From Takakia lepidozioides (Eukaryota > Plantae > Bryophyta), in contig CM060731.1 in NCBI GenBank assembly GCA_030704615.1, positions 78,926,001 to 78,990,000 on the forward strand: 64,000 nt of DNA, written 5' to 3'. Of this stretch, positions 39,150 to 49,249 are shown piece after piece. The notes beneath the pieces were generated by a model, which was not told the origin of the DNA, searched no databases, and worked only from the letters and a program-made list of their open reading frames with translations. The position numbers were made by a program, and so were the translations under genes. Within the stretch, counting starts at the first letter, position 1. Each line of letters opens with the position of its first letter.

Positions 39150-41240
39150 TTTGATATGAAAATAGCCTACACACGACATCTCTGGCAGGTTGAATCCACC
39201 CCGAACTGGAAGCTGAAACAGTGTGCAGCAACGCACACTGTTTGAACCCCCCATTTTGCTTGTTTTTTGATGTGCAAAACGGCCACATAGGGCCACTATG
39301 GCAGGTTCAATCCACCCCGAATTGGAAGCTCAAACAGTGTGCGGCAACGCACACTGTTTGAGCCCCCCTTATGCCTTGATTTTTGGTTTGGAAATGGTGC
39401 ACACAGGGGCCTCTCTGTCCGGTTCAATCCACCCCTATTACGAAGCTCAAACAGTGTGCGCCAACGCACACTGTTCGCCCCCTTCTCATTGTTTTCTCCA
39501 AAATAAAATCGTCTAGACAGGGTATCTCTATGAGGTTCAATCAACAATTTCATGGCAGCTCCAACAGTGTGCGTAAATGCACACTGTTTGAGCCCACCTT
39601 GTCATTGTTTTTATCATTTGGAAATCGGCCTCATAGGGCATATCTTTCAGGTTCAATGCACACTTACCTGGCAGCTCCAGATGCACACTGTTTGAGCCCA
39701 CCTTATCATTGTTTTTTTTCATGTGAAAATCGGCCATATAGGGCATGTATTTGAGGTTCAATGCAGACTTACCTGGGAGCTCAAACAGTGTGCGTCAACG
39801 CACACTGTTCCAGCCCACCATGTCATTGTTTTTTTTATCTGAAAATCGGCCACATAGGGCATCTCTTTAAGCTTCAATGCACACTTACGTGGCAGTTCAA
39901 ACAATGTGCGTCAACGCACACTGTTTGAGCCCAACTTGTCATTGTTTTTTCCATGTGAAAATCGGCCACATAGGGCATGTATTTGAGGTTCAATGCAGAC
40001 TTACCTGGCAGCTCAAACAGTGTGCGTCAACGCACACTGCTCCAGCCCACCATGTCATTGTTTTTTTTTTTATTTTTTTAAACAAAATTTAAAATCGGCC
40101 ACGTAGGGCATATCTTTGAGCTTCAATGCACACTTACCTGGCAGCTCCAGAAGTGTGCGTCAACGCACACTGTTTGAGCCCACCATGTCATTGTTTTTTT
40201 AATCTGAAACTCGGCCACATAGGGCATCTCTTTGAGCTTCAATGCACACTTAAGTGGCAGCTCAAACAGTGTGCGTCAACGCACACTGTTTGAGCCCAAC
40301 TTGTCATTGTTTTTTTCATGTGAAAATCAGCCACGTAGGGCATGTATTTGAGGTTCAATGCAGACTTATCTAGCAGCTCAAAAAGTGCGCGTCAATGCAC
40401 ACTATTCCAGCCCACCATGTCATTGTTTTTTTTATCTAAAAATCGGCCACATATGGCATCTCTTTGAGCTTCAATGCACACTTACCTGGCAGTTGTCATT
40501 TTAGAATCGACCACAAAGGTCATCTCTGTCAGGTTCAATTCACACTTACCTGGCAGCCCAAACAGTGTGCATCAACGCACATGGTTTGAGCCCCCTGATT
40601 TGTTTGTTTATGGATATGGAAATTGTGCACCTACGGCCAGTCTGGCAGGTTGATTCGACTCCAAAATGGAAGCTCAAACAGTGTGCGCCGACGCACACTG
40701 TTTGAGCCCCCTTCACTGCCTTTTCTTTTATTTCAAATTGGCCATTCATGGCCATTATGCCATATTAAAATCACACCTTATTGCAAGGTCAAACAGTGTG
40801 CGGCAACGCACACTGTTTGAGCTTCCTTATGTGATTGCTTTTGATGTGAAAATCGGTCTCCTGGGGCCACTCTGGCAGGTTGAATCCAACCCTTATTGGA
40901 AAACAGTGTGCGGCAACGCACACTGTTTTGAGCCCCCTCTCTGCTTGTTTTTCTATGTGAAATTGGGCCTAACAGGGCCAGTATGCATGCTCAAAACTCC
41001 CATAGTTGGAAGCACGAAGAGTGTGCGGCAATGCACACTGTTTGTGCCCCCTTGTGGCCCTCTCTCTGCCTGTTTTTTTTGTGGAAATGTGCCACATGGG
41101 GCCAAATATCATGTTCAAAACACCTGAATTTGGAAGCTGAAACATTGTGCGGCAACGCACGGTGTTTTCGGCCCCCACAATGCTTGTTTTCTGATGAGAA
41201 ATTGGGCCACACAGGGCCTGTTTGCCATGCTCAAAACACC
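39150..41240. repeat. Tandem array of ~17 units of ~116 bp, each with palindrome GCTCAAACAGTGTGCG-NCAA-CGCACACTGTTTGAGC
   Basis: Palindromes near 39212, 39327, 39445, 39558, 39674 (partial), 39779, 39894, 40011, 40144, 40260, 40376, 40556, 40672, 40788, 40900, 41012 and 41136. The sequences between palindromes are homologous to each other. Confidence 0.92.
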
Positions 41241-41295
41241 ATCGTTTCATGCCTCTCTCTTATATCAAATTGAATGAACAACCCTGTAGGAGAAG

Positions 41296-43900
41296 ATGCA
41301 AACTGTGGCGGATGAGATCCCTTCGGGGCAGGGGAAGGAGATCATTGTTGATGTAGACGATGAGTTCTATGAAAGCAAAGCCACTGAGATGCTGGGGGGT
41401 CAGGAGGTAAACTCTCAGCTTGTGGTGCAAAGTATGCTTGCCCCGGGTGGGAGGTTGAAGATTCCCCTGTGTAGGTTGGTTTCCATGCCCGTCGTTCGTC
41501 CACCCCTCGTCAAGGACATCCTGATGCTGAAGGCCGAGTTTGTTCATGGGTATTTGGATGGATCCGCAGTCTTTTACGTTTCTACAAGGGATTCCAGAGG
41601 CAATGAGGTCCTTGTGGATGAGTCAATTGTGGACTCCTAGGATCCCATTTAGAGACAGGTGAACGAATCCTTCGAACTTCTTCTCTCCAGGAAACCTTCC
41701 ACCCAGGCATTCTCAGGGAAGATGTTTCACGTTTGGGATGGCAACCACCGGTTGCTTGCATGGATGGCTGTTATTGGGAGGCTGCATTCATAGGAGGAAG
41801 ATTGGCATTACTCTGTTTGATCAATGGTGCTGGATTGTGACGGGAACATGATGGGTCTTCTGACGGCAATGATTGATGTGAACAGGTTGGTTTCTCATTC
41901 TACATGTTCCACTTGTGATTCCGTGGTTCTTTGGTTCCAGTCCTCTGTTGACGGTCCTTGAATTTCATTCTGACTTTCAGACATCATTCTACAGAGGGAC
42001 GGAGACATCGCATGTCAAAACGAGTCTGGTTGACACACTGTACATGATACAAAGGATCGGGCAGATGCCCTTGACCAACTTCAAGACCATCCTTTCAGCA
42101 GAGACGTACAAAAAGTGCGAAAGCTCCAAGACATCAGAAACGTGGTACTCGTTGACCCGTGAGGCTTTCATGGAGTATATGTACACGGTGAGATACATCT
42201 TCCATCATCTGGCATTTTCGATATTCCTGCTTCCACATGTTTGTTTCTGTTTGTTTCCCTTGCCCTTGGGTTGATGCAACTCTCGTGCATTCCCTTGCAG
42301 CAAGACATTGCAGATGCAGGAGAGCGTGGGAAACTGGAATACTACAGCTCTACCCCTGAGGAGAGAATGACAGCAAAGGGGGTTGAGAGTCACATCCAGA
42401 AAGAGATGACCACCACAAGAAGAACTATTATGAGTGCTTTTGTTAAGCAGTTGAGAATTGTCGACCCATCATTCGGATCGCAGTTTCTTCTGGAGGTAAA
42501 AAACCATTACAACAAGCCAGGCAAGCCAGAGATGGCCCATGAGAAGTTACACAGGTTGTCTACCGCCATTGTGTCTTCAGAACAGAAGGTGAAGTGGCTA
42601 CAGATATGGAATTCTGATCCCACTGTTAGGGATACCCACATGTTCCCCAGGCCGGAGAAAGAGAAGAAGACCCAGTGTGTCATTCCTGTCAGTGACAATG
42701 TGCTGGACACATGGCTTTACAAGGCCACTTACTGGAGCCAGGTATGATGTCCTTTGCTGTGTCACTTTCTTTTCGCTTTTTCTGTCCTTCTCTTTCCATT
42801 GGCTGTTACATTGTCTGTGATTGTTTTTTGATTCATTCTTGCATTTGAATTGTTTTGCAGTTGGAAGAAAGGGCCCAGTCGGTTCTACATACTCAACTGG
42901 ATGACTATGGCATCACCATGACAGCACCGAAGGTCTCCTTCCAAGCATACATGAGGAAATGGAGAGCCACAATGTGACAATCTTGTTTCTTTAGAGAGTT
43001 CAGCAAGGAGGGTGGCATTAGTCGAACAAATGAGCTTGACCAGCAAGAGAAAAGAGAGGAAGCATGGAAACGATGCCTTTACAAGTGCGAAATGGACTGT
43101 GCTTCTTTGTTTTGCAAATACACACTCTCCTCCATCCAACCTGTTTTGGGCTCCCTTATATGAGTTTGCGGTGCCGCACACTCATTTGTTCTATCCCTGT
43201 GTAGTAACACCAAGGTGCATACCCTAGGGCCTTAAGGTTACTTTGTGTGCGGTGGTTGCAATGTACTGTGCCGCATATTATTTAAGGGGGTCTTCCTGGT
43301 GTGATGGAAAAGCTGAGAGACAATAATTGCATTGCATAATGAGGTTGTCTCTGTTCCTGTAGGTACGTAAAGTTTGTTCACATGGAAGAGAACTGCTTGG
43401 GCAAACATCCTGATTTCGTGGACCTTTGGCTTGTCCCTGCTGGCAACCAGACCATGTTTACTACTGGGATCTTGCATGACTGGGGCCCAGACCATCTTTC
43501 TGCTTGTGGTTGGTATTTGGATTGCCCTCCTTATGAGACCCCAACTCAGGAGGTGTCTTTGAGGAGAAAGAATGAGCGTATAGCAGCCACCGCCGCAACA
43601 GCCCGGATTGTTCCCGGATTGTTCCTTCAATCTATTTAGAGTTTTGTGGACTATACAGGCTTGAGTGCATTTCAAAAACAAACAATCGACTTTGGTTCGT
43701 GTAGAGCATTCTCGCATCATTTGCTCCCTTGTCTCCAAACCACTCCTGCTAGAAGAATGCTTGGTAAATCCATCGAGGTGAAGTCCACGTGATCAAAGAT
43801 CGTTCAGGCATTCTCAAATTTGGTGAGCATCCATGATGCTCCCACACATACCTGGCATGTTCGTAAGGGTGGTGAGTAAGAAAAGATTTCGCATGGATCC
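41296..43900 (+). pseudogene. Multi-exon gene with an N-terminal ParB/sulfiredoxin-like domain, disrupted by in-frame stops
   Basis: Reading through stops at 41638 and 41650 gives IPLCRLVSMPVVRP...FYVS...KMFHVWDGNHRLLAW (DGxHR motif at ~41737). Phase-compatible exons are 41296-41885, 41996-42187, 42301-42741 and 42861 onward. The 3' end is approximate. Confidence 0.65.
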
Positions 43901-45849
43901 GCTTTAGATGATGTCAGTGTGCACCTCCTCACGACGTACCCACATTCCAATGCAGGGGCTTGGTATGTTGATAACGTCTAGATGGATGCAATGGATACAA
44001 ATGATGGATACAATGGATGTAACACATCTAGTCTGCATTCCCGGAAAATGGCTGTTCAACCCGCGGTAATAGGTGACACCCGCGGAAATAGGCCATGTAT
44101 GCATGCTAACGTGGCGTGAGCCTGTGCTGGGCTCACGGTTTCCTGGGCTCACAGGCTCACGCCTCCGGGCTCACGGAATAGCACCCCCCATTCATGACCT
44201 ACTAGAATGTTTATTTCTCTTGGGGATGAAGGCACCAAGTTGGCCTCCAATTTCAAGCAGTGTCTTGTTCCAATAAAAGTTTTGTGGCGTATCTCACTAT
44301 CCCCAATGTCTGGACCACAAGACCTGATTTGATGTGCGTAACATTTTCAAGATGTGTGTTCTGATCTTGCCCCGGTCTTGCGGGTGCAGTACAAAATCTC
44401 AGATTCATGCTCAAACTGGGTTGGTGCAGGTTGGAGGACAAATAGAATGGAGTTAGGCCTGCACACTAATTGACACACATGTCAAGTTGACCACGACATG
44501 CTCTGTCATTTCTTTATGACTTGTGCCTCTTTTCCTTATTTGGTTGAACCAACGTGTTCTTGAAGATGATTTGTTTCATCATGCTCCACTATATGTTTGC
44601 ACTTGGTATGTTTTATGCTCCACGGGCCTGCTAGGGTATGCATTTCCTAACTTGTCAGGAATATTGCCAAGGTTTTAATAAAGAGAGCCCTCACCCTCTT
44701 GCTACAGTAGTGGGAGTTATGAGAACATCGAGTTGGTTATGCATTGACAAATTTTGTGTTCGGCATAATTTTCAATGAATGATGTTGAGACAGAGAGGCA
44801 GAGGGCAGAGAGGTGTCTGGCAGTATGTGGCTGCTCTTCAACTATTCCCTATGTGAAGCAGATGTACGTGGCAAGTTGAGGCAAGTTGAGGTGCAATTTG
44901 GTTGAAGACTGCTCCACTTTTGCCATCCGAGAACATGCTTATTGTATCCTCAAGAGGCTGGTGTGCAACAGCATGGGGGCTCGCATGAATTCTAAGCCAA
45001 AGCGATGGCGATCTTGTGGTAAAAGCCAATACACCTACATATTTGCAGGAGTATGTTTAGAAAAGGAAAACTGTTACCTCTCTTTGAATGATGCCTCCAT
45101 GAGATGTACCCTGAAGGAGACTGGGGGGAAGGATTTTGGTTGCCCCACAGCAACAGTGGACTGACAAACATTTGGCTAGGATTTGGGTAGAAGTTTGGCA
45201 ATTTCCAAGCAACAAATTAGGGTAACAGGGCCTTGGGTGGTACTCAATTGCTTGTGGGTGGGTATGGGAAACCGTGTTTGTTATGTGTGACATAGGTGCA
45301 GGACTAGAGGTTGTGTCGCCGATGTGCCCTCAACACTTTCTATATGTTGCTGGCATGGCCAACCTTGCAAAGGTGCTTCTTGTGTCTATCTGTCCCTCCC
45401 TTCCATCATGCTTCATCTGCTTTTGTTTGCCTTTTCCTTACCCTATAGGTGATTGTTGATAAGTGGAACTGTTTCAGGCTATGGAAATGGTTTCAGCAAG
45501 GGCAAAGAGGCTGCCAGTATATTCATCTTTTGTCAAACCACGGCAACTTGAGTAATTTATATGTTAAGGGAGAAGCAATCTAAACACTTTCTAATGTACA
45601 GGGGTCGTGCCTAGAGTGTGGATAAAACTGATGTGATTCCTACAAACCTTCTCTTTGAAGGGCTCATTTATCACCTGATCCAAGGTGGCTGAGGAGTTTC
45701 ACCTAGTATGCATGGCCACAATTGGGGCTGGAATGCATGAAAGGGCTGGAATGCATGATGTTGATGATCTCTGCACTTTAGTCCTCCACCTTATGCACTT
45801 GTAAAAGATCTAGCTGCGGTATCACTGACACTCATACTAAAGTATGCTC

Positions 45850-46510
45850 TGGGCTGGTGGCCGCTGCCTCAAGGCATTTGGAGTTGGTGGAGACATCACC
45901 CAGGCTTCACACACTCAAATCTCTTCTCAGCCAGCGGCCAAATGCTGAAGATCCTGATGGAGATGAAGTGAGTGTCCCCCCAATGTTGTACAAATCAATC
46001 TATTCACTTGTTGTTGCATAGTCAGATTTCAAGATGCCCTGCCCGATGATTCACTCCTCACCAGTCAGTTATCATGTAGCTATTCATTCAATGTTTGCAG
46101 CTTCAATGGGGATGCCTGATATTTTTCACCTGTGCTTTGACACACACTTCAATCGTTTCAGGAAGAGATGCCATGTATGTGGTACCTAGTGCTAGTGAGA
46201 TTCATATTTCCTGTTATGATAGGACGTCCTATCTTATGTAGCCCTTTGGAAATGTGGTTCTGGAAGGATTCCTCCAGTTGCCATCAGAAGAAAGCTACTT
46301 GACAGGGTTCTGAATATGAAACTGGCAGATTGATCATGATATGGAGGGAGGTTGTACACATGAGATGATCTTGCTAACGACATGCAAGCCAACAGTAGGC
46401 AGCTGAAAGATGCGTTGAAGGCCCTCCACGAGGTTAAGATTGGAAACTATTGGAGAGTTGTGGATAGGAAATTCATGGAGGGCCTGCTGGAGGTTATACT
46501 CCTGAGCATC
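45850..46510 (+). pseudogene. Captured DCC1 (sister-chromatid cohesion)-like exon fragments inside the hAT
   Basis: HLELVETSPRLHTLKSLLSQRP..DGDE|gtgag and LYT*DDLANDMQANSRQLKDALKALHEVKIGNYWRVVDRKFMEGLLEVIL resemble plant DCC1 (ELVE.SPRL.KLK; YTW.DL...QAS..EL...L..L.A.EI.G.WR.D). Recognised from memory. Confidence 0.6.
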
Positions 46511-46818
46511 AGAGGACCTAAAGTACTTGCGAGAGGTAGAGGTGCTTCAAGTGCTAAAGGGTGATAGGTATACATTCCATTAGGCCTGAGTGCACCTGCT
46601 CTTGGAGGAACAGGAAATATCCTGAATACACTGAGTGAACGTGGAGACTTGTTATGAGCATTGAATATTTTTTCCCGTCTTTTGTGTTCTTTTTAATCTA
46701 GTTTGGTCTCCGATTAATTTTTGAAGTGTGTCTGGATGTACATCATACTTGCCCTGGAGGTCAAACAGTCACTTTTATGTCCATGCAAATAAATTTCCTA
46801 ATGATCCTTCTTGTGCAG

Positions 46819-46955
46819 GTGAACCGTGAAAATGCACCTCTGGTGGTTGGGCAATTGCTGGATGATGGCCACCCCAAGGATTTCATCAAGGACCTTATCT
46901 TGTCTGTGTGTTCTTCACTGCCAGTGGAGGCACTGGTTGACGAGTGTGAGAAGAG
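46819..46955 (+). pseudogene. CHC: Captured clathrin heavy chain exon inside the hAT
   Basis: cag|[46 protein letters not shown]|gt matches the CHC segment [46 protein letters not shown]. It is an isolated exon with both splice sites. Confidence 0.85.
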
Positions 46956-48514
46956 GTAATAAATTGTCCCAGGGTGTCTTTATTAATCTGATTGTTTGCT
47001 CCTAGCATGATGTGTATGTCACAGTCAACTCTCAGGTTCTGCGCAAAATGAAAACGTGTGGAAAGAGGGCACATTACCGACATGTTAAATGCATGTAGAA
47101 TAACAATGCAATTTTCACAACAAATTTTGTGTTTCTCAAGGTCAGGATGTTAGAGCCTGGAATATTGCACTGGATGTCTTCGACTGCACAGAGACGAACC
47201 GCACATTAAGCATCTCGCATACTAACATCAAGCATACTAACATACTCCACTTGCATTTTTGAGGGTGGAAACTGGCAACTGAAGCCTGCACACTGGTATA
47301 TCATACCCATAGCTATACAACAATGGTCCATTCTGCATCTGAAGTCTATAGTTAGGTGGGACTGGTGACCATTGACAACTACCAACTTCCCAATGTGCCC
47401 TGTCATATGATAAGAAATTGGATCAAGGAAATCAGTTCTTTATATATTTATGTCGGTGTTTGTCTCTCTTTGCATCCCAGTGGAAGCTATTGCTGGAGGC
47501 TGGAAAGACTGCAGAGATATGAAATGATTCTAGTAGCCAGGTTTGTGTAACCGCCTGCCACTCTTCAAATCTCTTTATTATTATTGTTATTTTCTGGTCC
47601 TCTTAAAATCTAAAAATATCATAGCTGAACCCTCTAATAATCCCAAACAAAGTATTTTCTCAGGGTCTCTGTCCCTTTCTTAAAATTTAGAAAAAATATA
47701 ATAATAATAATTTGTATTGATAACCATTATATGGGACCGGTAGTCTTCCACTTGGATAACCGTCATATTGATAATGGGGACACATTTTTTGGGGACCCTT
47801 CTATTGATAACCTCTAACCGCCTTAATTTTCAAAACACTACATTATATATAACCGCCTCCATAACATTTTAATCGAAGATGCTTTACCCGGACCCTTCAA
47901 TATGCCCAAAATGTAATACCCGGCCAACACTGGTATTATCCACTATAACTGAATTGAAGCGTAGAAAAGTTGGGTACAAAGTGGGATTGGCACAGTGGAC
48001 CTTGAGCAAAGATGCCAGCGCAGAAGCGGAATCAAATAGTGCAGCTCCTATGTTGCTGTGTTTGATGCCACAGCTGAGGAGGTACCCTGAGCTTTACTTG
48101 CTTGATTCATGTGCAATGTAATGGATAACCTGCATAATGACTTCGAAGCGCGGCTGTATGCCTTGGGATGTGGAAGCGCTGCTATTTACATTGCATGCGC
48201 AACCCTTAAGATAACAAAGTCAAGTGGATTTGTGATTCCGTAGGTATGAAGCAGAGAGGTAACCTTATCGGCTTTGTGTGACAGGTTGCACGGGGAATCG
48301 GCACGCTTCGATCGCGTAGAGTTGCACAATTGTTCTTCAACGATAAAGAGAGTTTCCTGAGCTGCGCTAACGCTGCACACTTCGGTTGGATCACTGCAAC
48401 TTTACACAACTTCTAATGCTCTGCAACATTTGCACGATAAAATCCAATCAAGCTCATGACAGAAGTAACTTACACCACCTTCACATGCTCCACTAGAGCT
48501 TGCCGATCTCACAT

Positions 48515-48852
48515 GACTTTTGCATTTTAAGCACATCTTGCATCTGCTGGGGATCGCTAGCAACCTTGCCAAGCAGATCAAGAGAAAGCCACAACAACGC
48601 TAAAACCAAAACGAATTAACCAGGCTCCAGGAGATTCAGGCATAATACCTGAAGAGAAGTTTTTATCATTTCCAATTGTGTGATACTTAAACCAAAAGAT
48701 GATGATACTGCAGAAGCTTTGCTGTGGCTCCAACATTGAATCTTCTTGACATTGTGTAGGACCAGCAGTCCAGAACACCCAGCCTTGTATATAATTGTGT
48801 GAACCTAAGGTGTGTCTGTTCAACCGGATGTGAGGGAAGGAAAAGGTGAAAT
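48515..48852. repeat. Mosaic of short copies of distant window segments
   Basis: 48515-48568 = 19028-19080 (direct); 48571-48712 = 18887-19027 (inverted); 48724-48852 = 15850-15976 (direct). Confidence 0.85.
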
Positions 48853-49249
48853 CATCCATTGACAACCAAGTTGCAGCCGGCACGCAACCTCCATACAGGT
48901 TTTAGATTGCCCATCCTCTTCTTCCGATCACTTCTTTGCCTTCTGTGTTTAGTTCCTTCTAATTTCTTGAGGTGGTTGACATAGCCATCTCCTCATTTCA
49001 TAGAATGAATATGACAGACAGTATGTTTGCTAAGACTACTGGCCAAGGAGCCCCTACCTAACGGGTGTAGCAATCGAGAGACTTCTGGAGTGGAGGTTTG
49101 TGTGGATACATGATTCCATTGCCATGGAGAGCTTACACAAAGTACCTTACTGACTATGTGTTTCCTTCAACTGTATTCTCTGATCACAACAAGAATGACA
49201 GTCTAACCTTCTGCCCTTAAAGGATTTGCGATGCACTTTCTTTGCATGT

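Larger units (their letters stand above)
36169..44189. mobile_element. Nested ~8-kb DNA transposon, Mutator(MULE)-like or unclassified
   Basis: 10-bp direct repeat ATTCATGACC at 36159-36168 and 44190-44199. Clustered CGTGAGCC motifs at the left end and GGCTCACG at the right end. Encodes SWIM and GCM-like fragments. Confidence 0.75.
33286..47932 (+). mobile_element. hAT DNA transposon (14.6 kb including a nested insertion and captured exons)
   Basis: TIRs CAGTGTTGGCCAGGTAT / ATACCCGGCCAACACTG (1 mismatch in 17). Perfect 8-bp TSD GTATTATC at 33278-33285 and 47933-47940. Subterminal TACCCGG/AACCG motifs. The empty site is present at ~16735. Confidence 0.93.

Noticed and set aside
39150-41240. 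CRISPR-like appearance (36-bp palindromic repeat at regular spacing)
   Set aside because: The ~80-bp intervening sequences are homologous to each other rather than unique spacers, no cas genes are present, and the context is eukaryotic. It is a tandem repeat.
41638-41820. In-frame stops as possible U-to-C editing or readthrough sites (also the TGA at 52321)
   Set aside because: These are nuclear, intron-containing loci, and stop-removing editing is organellar. Accompanying frameshifts indicate ordinary decay.
44860-45170. Possible further DCC1 C-terminal-like fragment
   Set aside because: The similarity is too weak by eye and the order relative to the other fragments is wrong. It needs BLASTX.
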